64,000 nucleotides of DNA from Gammaproteobacteria bacterium. GTDB taxonomy: Bacteria > Pseudomonadota > Gammaproteobacteria > G965277405. A program made the translations under genes and the position numbers. Below the pieces are notes generated by a model that was not told the DNA's origin, did no database searches, and saw nothing but the letters and a program-made list of their open reading frames with translations. Below, one piece after another: positions 19,391 through 29,422 of the stretch (positions within the stretch are counted from its first letter, which is position 1; each line of letters starts with the position of its first letter). Where the stretch lies: contig OZ255726.1 in the NCBI GenBank assembly GCA_965277405.1, forward strand, positions 2,110,578 to 2,174,577, in the 5' to 3' direction.

Positions 19391-20686
19391 CTACCAAGTG
19401 TTAAAAACATGTTGCGCAGCATCAATTGTCATGGCGATGTCTGCTTGTTGATGGCTGAGGCTGATAAACCCTGCTTCAAATGGTGATGGTGCAAAGTAAA
19501 TACCTTGAGCTAACATCCCTTGAAAAAACTTGACGAATGATGGAATGGATGAGTCATTTACCGCAGCAAATGTTTGCGGTAATGCCTCACAAAAAAACAA
19601 GCCAAACATCCCGCCAATTGCTTGATAGCACATGGGGATGCCAGCTGTGGCTGCTGCGGCGACAATGCCTTGGCAGAGTGTATTCGCAGCAGCATCTAAC
19701 TGTTTGTAACTGCTGTTATCGAGCTGTTGTAGTGCTTGTAGACCTGCGGCCATGGCTAATGGATTGCCTGAGAGTGTGCCTGCTTGATAGACATCACCAA
19801 CAGGTGCCAAGTGCTGCATGATTTCGCGTTTGCCTCCAAATGCACCAACAGGTAGGCCGCCGCCTATAATTTTACCAAAACACACCATGTCTGGAACGAC
19901 TCCACAAGCAGTTTGGATGCGCTGAGCCGCACCACCTGCAGCAACACGAAATCCAGACATTACCTCATCAAAAATTAATACGCTGCCGTGGATATCACAT
20001 AATGCGCGTAAGCGGACGATAAAATTAGTATCTGCAGCAATCATGTTCATGTTGCCGGCAATAGGTTCTAGAATGACAGCGCCAATATTCCCAGCGTAAT
20101 TTGTAAAAGCCTCTTCAATTGATGCAATGTCGTTGTATTGGCATAAGATAGTGTCGGCGACTGCATTTTTCGGTACACCTGCTGAGTTTGGTTTGCCAAG
20201 TGTCAGCAGTCCAGAACCAGCTGCCACCAACATACAATCGCTGTGTCCATGATAGCAACCGCTGCATTTGATGATTTTGTCTTTGCCACTAAAGCCCCGC
20301 GCCAAGCGGACGGCACTCATTGTCGCTTCAGTGCCTGAGTTGACCATGCGAATTTGCTCAATTGCAGCAATTCGTTGACAAATTGTGTGAGCAAGCTGTA
20401 CTTCTAAAACATGTGGAGCACCAAAACCTACTCCTTTTGCAGCTTGTTGTTGAATGGCTGCAACAATGCTAGGGTTAGCATGGCCGGTGATCATCGCCCC
20501 CCATGAGCACACATAATCAATATAGCGTATTCCCTCTACGGAAAACACATATGCGTCTTTGCCATGGTCGAAGAATACAGGCGTTCCGCCAACCGCAGCA
20601 AAGCCACGAACAGGAGAGTTCACCCCGCCTGGAATATATGCTAGCGCTTGGTTAAACCATTGCGTAGAGCTGTTGTTGCTAGGCAA
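19391..20686 (-). CDS. hemL: Glutamate-1-semialdehyde 2,1-aminomutase
   Basis: IPGGVNSPVR, RMVNSGTEATMSA, CYHGHSD, FGKIIGGGLPVGA and YQAGTLSGNP; start is TTG at 20686 or 20713. Confidence 0.96.
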   Translation of the reverse strand: MPSNNSSTQWFNQALAYIPGGVNSPVRGFAAVGGTPVFFDHGKDAYVFSVEGIRYIDYVCSWGAMITGHANPSIVAAIQQQAAKGVGFGAPHVLEVQLAHTICQRIAAIEQIRMVNSGTEATMSAVRLARGFSGKDKIIKCSGCYHGHSDCMLVAAGSGLLTLGKPNSAGVPKNAVADTILCQYNDIASIEEAFTNYAGNIGAVILEPIAGNMNMIAADTNFIVRLRALCDIHGSVLIFDEVMSGFRVAAGGAAQRIQTACGVVPDMVCFGKIIGGGLPVGAFGGKREIMQHLAPVGDVYQAGTLSGNPLAMAAGLQALQQLDNSSYKQLDAAANTLCQGIVAAAATAGIPMCYQAIGGMFGLFFCEALPQTFAAVNDSSIPSFVKFFQGMLAQGIYFAPSPFEAGFISLSHQQADIAMTIDAAQHVFNTW

Positions 20687-20688
20687 GG

Positions 20689-21747
20689 TTATGCGGCAAG
20701 AATGCGGGTCCAAGCGCGTTCAACAGCAGATGATATTTCTTCTCCTTGATAAATCGGAAAAAACAGCTTGTCGATGATTTCTGCTGATGGGTAGCGTGCT
20801 GGATTATTATTAAATTCATCATCTTGTAGCTTTCTAGCCGCAGCGTTTGGGGTTGCATAACCTACAAAGTCTGCTAAGTCAGCACCAATGCGATCTCCAA
20901 GCATAAAGTTGATGAATGTATGAGCATTTTCAAGGTTAGGCGCACCTTTGGCAATTGACATATTATCAACCCAGCGGAATGCCCCATCAAGCGGTGCTGC
21001 ATAGCTTAAATCATCATCTTCCTCCATGACCGTAAGAATGTCTCCACTCCATTCAACCGCAATGTCGACTTCTCCAGAAAGCAGCAAGTCTTGACCATTG
21101 TCTTTTGCGATAACTTTTATGTGTTTCTTTTGTAGCTTCAAAAGCTTTTCGGCTTCATCAATCATTTGTTGTGTCTTTTCCTCAGGATTACCGCCGAGGT
21201 ATTTTACAGCACAATCTATCATTGTCGAAGCTTCAGATATCCAAGCAATACGACCAGAATATTTGTCTGAGTCGAGGATGACTTTAAACGAGTCAACCAT
21301 ATCAATCCGCTTGTTGTTATAACCCATTCCCAAGGTTCCCCACAAGTATGGTATGGAATATTGATTGTTTGGGTCAAATGATAAGTTGAGCCATTCTTTG
21401 GCAATATTGCTAATGTTCGGGATTTTGGTCAGGTCAATTGGTTGGAGGATATTTGCTGCAATCATACGAGGGACATAGTCGTTGCTCGGAACAATCACAT
21501 CATACCCTTGATTGCCTGATCTGAGCTTGGCAAATAACTCGCTGTTATCAGCAAACAAATCCATAGTAGTATCAATACCTGTTGCTGTTTTAAACTGATC
21601 AAGGGTATTTTCGCCAATATAGGTGTCCCAATTATAGAATACTAATTTATTAGAAGCCCCTAAGCTGATGCGTGGAAATAGCGCTGTTGCACTCGCAGCG
21701 AGCGTAGCATTTGCGAGAAAGTTGCGGCGGGTGATTTTTTTGTTCAT
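20689..21747 (-). CDS. Polyamine ABC transporter substrate-binding protein (PotD/PotF) with Tat signal
   Basis: TRRNFL Tat motif, FYNWDTYI, YDVIVPS, YSIPYLWGT, WVDNM.I and AHTFINF. Confidence 0.9.
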   Translation of the reverse strand: MNKKITRRNFLANATLAASATALFPRISLGASNKLVFYNWDTYIGENTLDQFKTATGIDTTMDLFADNSELFAKLRSGNQGYDVIVPSNDYVPRMIAANILQPIDLTKIPNISNIAKEWLNLSFDPNNQYSIPYLWGTLGMGYNNKRIDMVDSFKVILDSDKYSGRIAWISEASTMIDCAVKYLGGNPEEKTQQMIDEAEKLLKLQKKHIKVIAKDNGQDLLLSGEVDIAVEWSGDILTVMEEDDDLSYAAPLDGAFRWVDNMSIAKGAPNLENAHTFINFMLGDRIGADLADFVGYATPNAAARKLQDDEFNNNPARYPSAEIIDKLFFPIYQGEEISSAVERAWTRILAA

Positions 21748-21784
21748 ACAGTACTCCATTGATACCCAAATAAAAGAAGTTGCG

Positions 21785-22210
21785 TCAGCCTGAGTCAGCC
21801 GGTGGTTGTTTTTGAGAAAACAAAGATTGCCATGTTTCGATATTCTTATTCATAACGTCCGTCCACGCATCCATTGGATTATTGATGGGTCGATCATGAA
21901 CAGAGTATAAATAATCTAGGGCTTGTTCCATATACACAGCCGTTGCCGATTGGATAGGGTTATTATAGGTGCGAATTAACTGTTGCAACATGCGTCTGGT
22001 AAACAGTTTGTGTGACTTGCCAAACTTGCTTTCTTGTTCACTGATGATTTGTAACAAAATAGGGGCGGTTAAGTCAGATTCAGTTTTTGCATCAATGATG
22101 CGAAATTCTTCAAATTTTATGACAAACTCGCGTATGTCTGCAAGGGTTATGTAAATACTGTCTTGAGTATCGTAAATTCTTCTGTTTGCATATTTTTTTA
22201 GTAGGCGCAT
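21785..22210 (-). CDS. phaR: Polyhydroxyalkanoate synthesis repressor
   Basis: KKYANRRIYDT..S.YITL and IDAKT..DLT..ILLQIISEQE. Confidence 0.93.
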   Translation of the reverse strand: MRLLKKYANRRIYDTQDSIYITLADIREFVIKFEEFRIIDAKTESDLTAPILLQIISEQESKFGKSHKLFTRRMLQQLIRTYNNPIQSATAVYMEQALDYLYSVHDRPINNPMDAWTDVMNKNIETWQSLFSQKQPPADSG

Positions 22211-22303
22211 ATTATAAATAATATTGTGTTACCCGCCATTATACGCAATACACGATTTTGGTGTGGGTTAAATTAACAAAAAATTATGCGTATCAAGTCA
22301 AAT

Positions 22304-22339
22304 GGTAGTGATTAACTCGCTATCATGGACTTAATCAGC
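22304..22339. repeat. Mini-element, degenerate copy
   Basis: GGTAG-TGATTAA-CTCGCT-ATC-ATGGAC-TTAATCAGC; shares the ATGGAC variant with the copy at 13377. Confidence 0.75.
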
Positions 22340-22419
22340 AGATAAAACATCAAAAAAATTGTGGTGGAATTATTTGTCTGTATAAGGTGATTTGTATGGA
22401 GGAAGTGTATGGACAAGGA

Positions 22420-23028
22420 ATGCCGAAAGCCATTACAGCATATGTTAGCTTGGTTGATGCGATAAATCAGAAGGTTGGGCAGTTTGCCATGTATCTGGTG
22501 ATTGCCATGATTATCGTGCTTTTTTATGCCACGGTGGTAAAAAATTTCTTGCTGCCTTCTCTGTGGACGCTGGAAGTTTCACAATTTATTATGGTTAGCT
22601 ATTATCTGCTAGGTGGCGGCTATACGCTGCAAAATGGCAGTCATGTACGCATGGATTTGCTATATGGCAGATGGTCGCCAACAACCAAGGCTGCGGTGGA
22701 TTGTTGCACAATTTTGTTCATGATTTTTTATTTAGTTATCTTGTTGCGCGGGGGCTTGTCTAGCACTTCGTATGCGCTTGAATATGGCGAGCGCGGGCGT
22801 TCTATCTGGCAACCTTATATAGCGCCGATCAAAATTATTGCCTGTGTCGGGATTGCGTTGATGTTGGCGCAGGCCGTGGCTGAATTATGCAAGGATATCG
22901 CCAGGGTTAAAGGCATTGAAATTGGTGTCCGACCTGCAGATGATGCTGTCAGAGCCTTGCAAGGCGAGGAACGTTCCAAGCAACCTCTGCTTAAGTCCAT
23001 GATGGGCGAAACGGAGCAAAAACAGTGA
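22420..23028 (+). CDS. dctQ: TRAP transporter small permease
   Basis: YYLLGGGYTL...HVRMDLLY and PIKIIACVG; 4 TM segments. Start is ATG 22420, or up to 22387. Confidence 0.9.
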   Translation: MPKAITAYVSLVDAINQKVGQFAMYLVIAMIIVLFYATVVKNFLLPSLWTLEVSQFIMVSYYLLGGGYTLQNGSHVRMDLLYGRWSPTTKAAVDCCTILFMIFYLVILLRGGLSSTSYALEYGERGRSIWQPYIAPIKIIACVGIALMLAQAVAELCKDIARVKGIEIGVRPADDAVRALQGEERSKQPLLKSMMGETEQKQ

Positions 23029-24350
23029 GTTATACGCTTATTGCGCTGTTAATGTTCGCATCGATGATGGCTATGCTGGTTTCTGGTCAACGTGTGTTTG
23101 GAGCGATTGGTGCTGTGGCGGTGATTGCTGCTGTTGCTCTGTGGGGCGATGGCGGCTTTGAACTTGCGTTTACCGCTTCCATGAAGCTGATGAAATGGTA
23201 TCCAATGTTAACACTGCCTTTGTTTATTTATATGGGCTACATGCTTGCAGAATCTGGCATTGCCGACGATCTTTACCGCATGTTTCACGTCTGGTTTGGT
23301 AATCTAAGCGGTGGGCTGGCGATAGGAACTGTGCTGTTGATGGTGGTGATTTCCGCTATCAATGGTCTTAGTGTTGCGGGTATGGCGATTGGTGTCAGTA
23401 TTGCCCTGCCAGCATTATTACGGCGTGGCTATAACAAGATTATGGTCACTGGGGTAATACAGGCGGGGTCGTCGCTTGGAATTTTAGTGCCGCCATCGGT
23501 GGTGCTAGTGCTTTACGGCATGATTGCGCGTCAACCAGTTTCACAATTATGGATGGCTGGTATTTTTCCAGGGCTGTTGATGGCGTCGCTGTTCATCATT
23601 TACATCGTTATCCGCTGTAAAATTCAGCCTGAACTTGGGCCCCCATTGTCTCGTAAGGAACTTGATGAGATTAGTTTTGCAGCAAAGCTGAAATTACTGC
23701 GTGCAGGTATCCTGCCACTGATCATCTTTTTTCTGATGACAGGCTTGTTCTTGATGGGAAAGACTTCGCTAGTGGAAAGCGCTGCAGTTGGTGCTGTCTC
23801 TGTGACCATTGCTGCAATTATTCAGGGGTATTTTAGTAAAAAGGTTTTTGACGACACTTTGCGTAAAACGCTGAATATCTCCTGCATGTTTATGTGGATT
23901 ATTCTCGCCGCTCTTTGTTTTGGTGCGGTGTTTGATGGGCTTGGCGCGGTGAATGCAATCAAGCTGTTTTTCCTTGAGCAAATGGGTCTTGAGCCATGGG
24001 AAGTGCTTATCTTGATGCAACTTTCATTCTTATTGATGGGCACGTTTCTGGATGACACCGCCATGCTGGTTATTGTTGCGCCGCTGTATATTCCCTTGGT
24101 TAAGGTGCTTGGTTTTGATCTAATCTGGTACGGAATACTGTATACAATTACCAGCCAGATTGCGTATATGACGCCACCATTTGGTTATAATTTATTTCTA
24201 ATGCGGGCGATGGCTCCGCCAGAGGTTTCGCTGAGTGACATTTATCGTTCCATTGTACCGTTTGTGGCAATCATGATATTTGCACTTGTAGTTGTGATGG
24301 TATTGCCACAAACTGCCTTGTGGCTACCTAATTACTACTATGGAAATTAG
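23025..24350 (+). CDS. dctM: TRAP transporter large permease
   Basis: LPLFIYMG..L.ESG, LGILVPPS, GTFLD and TPPFGYNLF. Confidence 0.94.
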   Translation: MSYTLIALLMFASMMAMLVSGQRVFGAIGAVAVIAAVALWGDGGFELAFTASMKLMKWYPMLTLPLFIYMGYMLAESGIADDLYRMFHVWFGNLSGGLAIGTVLLMVVISAINGLSVAGMAIGVSIALPALLRRGYNKIMVTGVIQAGSSLGILVPPSVVLVLYGMIARQPVSQLWMAGIFPGLLMASLFIIYIVIRCKIQPELGPPLSRKELDEISFAAKLKLLRAGILPLIIFFLMTGLFLMGKTSLVESAAVGAVSVTIAAIIQGYFSKKVFDDTLRKTLNISCMFMWIILAALCFGAVFDGLGAVNAIKLFFLEQMGLEPWEVLILMQLSFLLMGTFLDDTAMLVIVAPLYIPLVKVLGFDLIWYGILYTITSQIAYMTPPFGYNLFLMRAMAPPEVSLSDIYRSIVPFVAIMIFALVVVMVLPQTALWLPNYYYGN

Positions 24351-24418
24351 GTATGGAAATTAGGCAGTAAACCCTAGCGCTGCAGCCATAAGCAGCACCA
24401 TAACATAAGGAGAACGCT

Positions 24419-25477
24419 ATGACTAACAGAAGGAATTTTATAAAAAATACTGGTCTTGCCAGTGTTGCAGCAGGGGCGATACTTGCAGCCCCGGCAATTC
24501 GAGCGCAACCTGCTAAAATCACTTGGCGCTTGCAGACCTATGCCGGTCCTGCATTGGCTGAACATGTCATCAAACCTATGATTGACTCATTCAACAAAGT
24601 TGCCGCTGGTCAGATGGAAATCCAGCTTTTCACAGCTGACCAGCTCGTGCCGACTGGTGAATTGTTTCGCGCCATGCAAAATGGGGTGATTGATGCAGTA
24701 CAATCAGACGAAGATTCTATAGCAGCTCCTGTAGACGTATCGGTTTTTGGCGGATATTTCCCGTTTGCAACCCGTTACAGCCTCGATGTGCCAGTGCTTT
24801 TCAATCAATATGGTTTGAAAGAAATCTGGGAAGAAGCTTATAGCGAAGTAAAAAATGTGACATGGCTTTCAGCAGGTTCTTGGGATCCTTGCCATTTCAA
24901 TACAAATAAGCCAATTCGTTCGCTTGCAGATTTGCAAGGTTTGCGCGTGTATACCTTCCCAACTGCTGGACGCTTTCTCTCACAGTTTGGTGTTGTGCCA
25001 GTTGAAATTCCGTATGAAGATGCTGAAGTTGCGGTGCAAACTGGCGAACTTGACGGCATGGCATGGTCTGGCATTACCGAAGATTATACCGTTGGCTGGG
25101 CTGACGTTACCAAATATTTTCTCACCAATAATATCGCTGGTGCATGGATTGGTTCGTTCTTTGCAAATACGGATAAATGGAACGAAGTACCGCCACATCT
25201 TCAGGAATTATTCCGCCTTTGCATGGATTCATCGCATTACTACCGTCAGCATTGGTATTGGGGCGGCGAAGCAAAACTGCGTACTCTTGCAGCCGATCAA
25301 GGACGTAAACTTGAGCTAACCTCCATTCCTGATGAAGAATGGGCACAAGTTGAAACCAAAGCGCGTCAGTTCTGGGATGACATTGCCAAAGGCAGCGAGC
25401 GCAGTGCCCGTGTTGTGAAAATCCTTAAAGAATATTCAGCCGTTATGGGCAAAGCAGGCAAACCGTACCGTAGCTAA
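24419..25477 (+). CDS. dctP: TRAP substrate-binding protein with Tat signal (TakP/FcbT1-like group)
   Basis: NRRNFIK Tat motif, ITWRLQT, KPIRSLADLQGLR and VQTGELDG; AAGGAG RBS upstream. Confidence 0.93.
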   Translation: MTNRRNFIKNTGLASVAAGAILAAPAIRAQPAKITWRLQTYAGPALAEHVIKPMIDSFNKVAAGQMEIQLFTADQLVPTGELFRAMQNGVIDAVQSDEDSIAAPVDVSVFGGYFPFATRYSLDVPVLFNQYGLKEIWEEAYSEVKNVTWLSAGSWDPCHFNTNKPIRSLADLQGLRVYTFPTAGRFLSQFGVVPVEIPYEDAEVAVQTGELDGMAWSGITEDYTVGWADVTKYFLTNNIAGAWIGSFFANTDKWNEVPPHLQELFRLCMDSSHYYRQHWYWGGEAKLRTLAADQGRKLELTSIPDEEWAQVETKARQFWDDIAKGSERSARVVKILKEYSAVMGKAGKPYRS

Positions 25478-25488
25478 ATTGCTCTACA

Positions 25489-25519
25489 GACTTAAACAGA
25501 GCTTCCTTCTGGAAGCTCT
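25489..25519 (+). repeat. Mini-element arm plus inverted arm forming a hairpin after dctP (possible terminator)
   Basis: GACTTAAACAGAGCTTCC-TTCT-GGAAGCTCT. Confidence 0.65.
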
Positions 25520-25724
25520 ATTCTATGCGAGTCTAAGCAGATGAAAGAGCGGATAGAATAATTGCTATTCTAAAAAAAACGCAAAATAAGTACGTCATCG
25601 CCTCCAATATTTTTATCAAAGTACTGATTGATGAAAAACATCACTCCTTGTTTTCTTATGAGATTTTCTACATAGCACAGAAAAAAGGTCATAGCATTGG
25701 AGCTGTACGTGAACATCGACATAA

Positions 25725-25747
25725 GGAAGCTCTGATTAAGTCGCTCC
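25725..25747. repeat. Mini-element left half upstream of sdhC
   Basis: GGAAGCTCTGATTAA-GTCGCT-CC, enclosed in the inverted repeat ATCGACATAAGG...CCTTATGTCGAT. Confidence 0.8.
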
Positions 25748-25816
25748 CTTATGTCGATTGGTTTGTTTTTTTTGTTTGGCTGTGTAGTATCTTCACCATT
25801 GTTTTAGGAGTGTTTT

Positions 25817-26191
25817 TTGAGCGATCAGCGACCTGTAAATTTAGACTTAACTACAATTCATTTTCCCATACACGCTCTGGTGTCGATAACCCATCGCGCC
25901 ACTGGTGTGGTGCTATTTATTGGAGCACCAGTCGTGATATGGTGTTTTGCGCTGTCGCTTGAATCTGCGGTTGGATTCGGGCAGGTCCGGGCATATCTCA
26001 GTTACCCATTTGGAGTTATTTTTGCTATGGGATATGCGCTTGCATTGAGCTTTCATCTTGCTGCAGGCATCAAACATTTGTTTATGGACTGTGGTATCGG
26101 CGACACTAGTGCTGGTGCGCGAAATTGGTCTATAGCAACCATTATTGCTACATTTGTTTTTTTCTTGATATTACTCTCTGTCATCTTATGA
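25817..26191 (+). CDS. sdhC: Succinate dehydrogenase cytochrome b556 subunit
   Basis: RPVNLDL, SITHRATG and FHLAAGIKHLFMD. Confidence 0.95.
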   Translation: MSDQRPVNLDLTTIHFPIHALVSITHRATGVVLFIGAPVVIWCFALSLESAVGFGQVRAYLSYPFGVIFAMGYALALSFHLAAGIKHLFMDCGIGDTSAGARNWSIATIIATFVFFLILLSVIL

Positions 26192-26544
26192 CGCAAAGCG
26201 CTACAAGCCTAGGGCAAAGTGGTCTCAGTGATTGGCTGCTGCAACGGTTCAGTGCCATTATTTTATTCATATATTTTGTATTGCTTGTTTCAATAATATT
26301 GTTAGAGATTACCCTGAGACAGCAAATAAATTATATATTCTGGAGCGCATTGTTTCGTTCTACTGCTATGCAAGTTGTAACCGTTATTGCAGCTGTTGCT
26401 TTCTTTGTGCATGCGTGGATAGGGCTATGGACAATTGCTACTGACTACATCAAAAACAAAAGCTTGCGCCTCGCCTTTCATGCGTTTTATATTTTGGCTA
26501 TTACTGCGATGGTATTTACTATTATTGCAACGTTTTGGGGTTGA
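26188..26544 (+). CDS. sdhD: Succinate dehydrogenase membrane anchor
   Basis: [13 protein letters not shown] and [15 protein letters not shown]. Confidence 0.95.
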   Translation: MTQSATSLGQSGLSDWLLQRFSAIILFIYFVLLVSIILLEITLRQQINYIFWSALFRSTAMQVVTVIAAVAFFVHAWIGLWTIATDYIKNKSLRLAFHAFYILAITAMVFTIIATFWG

Positions 26545-26545
26545 T

Positions 26546-28318
26546 GTGGATTTTCAACGGCAACTAAATTTTGATGCGGTCATCGTTGGGGGTGGTGGTT
26601 CTGGGCTGCGGACATCATTACAACTCGCTGAGTCTGGGTTAAAAACAGCTGTTGTTAGTAAAGTTTTCCCCACGCGTTCGCATACTGTATCGGCGCAAGG
26701 TGGTATCACCTGCGCGATTGCCAGTGCTGATCCAAACGATGATTGGCGCTGGCATATGTATGATACCGTCAAAGGGTCAGACTATATCGGTGACCAAGCT
26801 GCTATCGAATATATGTGCAGTCAAGGACCGCAAGCGGTGTTTGAACTTGAACATATGGGGCTGCCTTTTTCCCGATTTGATAACGGTAGAATTTACCAAC
26901 GCCCATTTGGCGGGCAATCAAAAAATTTTGGCAAAGGCGGGCAGGCGGCACGCACATGTGCCGCGGCTGATCGGACCGGGCATGCGTTGCTACACACGTT
27001 GTATCAAAATAATCTGCGCGCCGGAACGACTTTCTTGAATGAATGGTTTGGCGTTGACTTAGTCACCAACCATCAAGGTGACGTTGTCGGGCTAGTTGCA
27101 ATTGCAATTGAAAGTGGTGAAGAAGTATTAATTAATGCGTGTGCGGTTGTATTGGCAACTGGTGGTGCTGGGCGTATTTATCAATCGACGACGAATGCCC
27201 ACATCAATACCGGTGATGGCGTCGCGATGGCTTTGCGTGCTGGCGTACCAGTGCAAGATATTGAAATGTGGCAGTTCCACCCAACAGGAATTTATGGTGC
27301 GGGGACATTAGTTACCGAAGGGTGTCGTGGTGAAGGTGGCTATCTCATCAATAAAGATGGGGAACGTTTTATGGAGCGTTATGCTCCAAACGCTAAAGAC
27401 CTAGCTGGCCGCGATGTTGTTGCGCGCTCGATGACGCTGGAAATACTCGAAGGTCGTGGCGCTGGTGAAAACGCTGACCATGTATTGCTAAAGCTTGACC
27501 ATCTTGGTGAAGAAATACTCCATTCGCGCCTACCTGGGATTGTCGAGTTATCAAAAACTTTTGCGCACGTTGACCCCGTTAAAGACCCTGTGCCAGTCGT
27601 GCCAACATGCCATTATATGATGGGTGGAATGCCAACCAATATTCATGGACAAGTCATCACCATACAAAACAAAAAAGAGTCAATTGTACCTGGATTGTAC
27701 GCAGTCGGTGAAACCGCATGCGTATCGGTGCATGGAGCCAACAGACTTGGCGGCAATTCGCTATTGGATTTGGTGGTGTTCGGCAGAGCAACAGGATTGT
27801 TTTTAGAGCAGTTTTTAACCAAAGAAGGTGAAGAATCTCCTGCGGCAACTGCGAGTGATTTAGAGCGAATTTCATCCCGCTTGCGTGCGCTTGATGATTC
27901 AACTAGTGGTGAAAAAGCAACTGTTGTCAAAAACGATATGCAAGCAATAATGCAAAGTGATTTTGGCGTGTTCCGCACTCAAGATTTAATGCTGAAGGGG
28001 ATTAAACAGCTCAAAGCTGTTGGTGAACGTTGTCAAGCGCTGCATCTTGAGGATAAGAGCAAGATATTCAATACTGCAAGGATTGAGGCACTCGAAGTAC
28101 AAAACTTATTTGAAGTGGCACAGGCCACCGCAATCACTGCAGAATATCGCAAAGAAAGCCGCGGTGCACATGCCCGTGATGATTATCCAACCCGCAACGA
28201 TAAGACTTGGCTGAAACATTCGATTTATTTTTCGGCAACGCAACAAGTCAGTAAGCGTGATGTCAACGTTTCTCCGAAAACCGTTGCCAGATTCGAACCA
28301 CAAGAACGCAAGTACTAA
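26546..28318 (+). CDS. sdhA: Succinate dehydrogenase flavoprotein
   Basis: [31 protein letters not shown] and [11 protein letters not shown]; GTG start 26546. Confidence 0.98.
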   Translation: MDFQRQLNFDAVIVGGGGSGLRTSLQLAESGLKTAVVSKVFPTRSHTVSAQGGITCAIASADPNDDWRWHMYDTVKGSDYIGDQAAIEYMCSQGPQAVFELEHMGLPFSRFDNGRIYQRPFGGQSKNFGKGGQAARTCAAADRTGHALLHTLYQNNLRAGTTFLNEWFGVDLVTNHQGDVVGLVAIAIESGEEVLINACAVVLATGGAGRIYQSTTNAHINTGDGVAMALRAGVPVQDIEMWQFHPTGIYGAGTLVTEGCRGEGGYLINKDGERFMERYAPNAKDLAGRDVVARSMTLEILEGRGAGENADHVLLKLDHLGEEILHSRLPGIVELSKTFAHVDPVKDPVPVVPTCHYMMGGMPTNIHGQVITIQNKKESIVPGLYAVGETACVSVHGANRLGGNSLLDLVVFGRATGLFLEQFLTKEGEESPAATASDLERISSRLRALDDSTSGEKATVVKNDMQAIMQSDFGVFRTQDLMLKGIKQLKAVGERCQALHLEDKSKIFNTARIEALEVQNLFEVAQATAITAEYRKESRGAHARDDYPTRNDKTWLKHSIYFSATQQVSKRDVNVSPKTVARFEPQERKY

Positions 28319-28343
28319 CAGGGGCTTAACAGCAGAAGATATT

Positions 28344-29051
28344 GTGCTCACCGCAAAGATTTATCGCTATAATCCAGAAACAGACAAAAAGCCATATATG
28401 GATAGCGTGTCGATAACGCTGCCAGCAAACAAAGATATAATGGTGCTTGATGTCATGCACATGGTTAAAGATAAAATTCCTGAATATGCCTTTAGACGTT
28501 CATGCCGTGAAGGAGTTTGCGGCTCAGACGGCGTCAATATGAACGGTAAAAATGGTCTGGCCTGCATCACACCAGTTTCATCGGTTGCCAAAAATAACAA
28601 CTTGATTCTCCGCCCACTCCCGGGGCTACCAGTGATTCGTGACCTTGTTGTCGATATGACATTGTTTTATAAACAATATGAAAAAATAAAGCCATATTTG
28701 ATGAACGATAAGCCAGTAAGCGGTATTGAACGGCTGCAGTCACCACAAGACCGAAAAAAACTTGACGGTTTATACGAGTGCATTTTATGCGCTTGTTGCA
28801 GTACGTCGTGTCCTTCGTTTTGGTGGAATCCAGATAAGTTTGTTGGTCCAGCAGGGTTATTACAAGCAAATCGCTTCTTGGTTGATAGTCGTGATACCGC
28901 AACAGCACAGCGGTTAGCGGAGCTTGATGACCCATTTTCAGTATTTCGTTGTAGAACTATTATGAATTGTGTAGACGCCTGTCCTAAAGGCTTGAATCCA
29001 ACAAAAGCAATTGCAAACATCCGCTCAATGCTTGTTTCGCAAAGGGGTTAG
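28344..29051 (+). CDS. sdhB: Succinate dehydrogenase iron-sulfur subunit
   Basis: SCREGVCGSD, CILCACCSTSCP and CRTIMNCVDACP. Confidence 0.98.
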   Translation: MLTAKIYRYNPETDKKPYMDSVSITLPANKDIMVLDVMHMVKDKIPEYAFRRSCREGVCGSDGVNMNGKNGLACITPVSSVAKNNNLILRPLPGLPVIRDLVVDMTLFYKQYEKIKPYLMNDKPVSGIERLQSPQDRKKLDGLYECILCACCSTSCPSFWWNPDKFVGPAGLLQANRFLVDSRDTATAQRLAELDDPFSVFRCRTIMNCVDACPKGLNPTKAIANIRSMLVSQRG

Positions 29052-29053
29052 CA

Positions 29054-29422
29054 ATGAAATATTTATTGATTTATGTCAGTATTATCATTGCAAGTTGTGC
29101 ATCAGTTCCTGAAGTATATAAATCAGGAGAGGTGTTTTCTTTAGATAATGCTATAAAAATATCTCGTGGCATGAGTACAGTAGCAGTGCTGAAACTCATG
29201 CAGCAATCTCCATTACACCAATATAAATCAGAAAATTACCTAACATGGGTTTGGGTTGACTCATCAGCTGATTTATCTGGGAAGGATTCCGTAGCATCGG
29301 TGACTTTTGTGAATGATGTCGTAGACTCTGTTGCTGTTGATTCAAATGGTGTTTCTATCTATTCTCAGAGTCCGCAACTTCGTAAATCGGCAAACGTCCA
29401 TGAGAAACCTACCGAACAATGA
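29054..29422 (+). CDS. Small lipoprotein, SmpA/OmlA (BamE-like) domain
   Basis: Lipobox-like IIASC after a short hydrophobic signal; ISRGMS...V..LM..P, W.W and VTF.ND.V pattern. Confidence 0.6.
   Translation: MKYLLIYVSIIIASCASVPEVYKSGEVFSLDNAIKISRGMSTVAVLKLMQQSPLHQYKSENYLTWVWVDSSADLSGKDSVASVTFVNDVVDSVAVDSNGVSIYSQSPQLRKSANVHEKPTEQ

Noticed and set aside
25538-25962. Open frame between dctP and sdhC (ORF 25648-25962)
   Set aside because: No recognisable motif; it runs through the mini-element and overlaps sdhC out of frame. At most an unidentifiable remnant.
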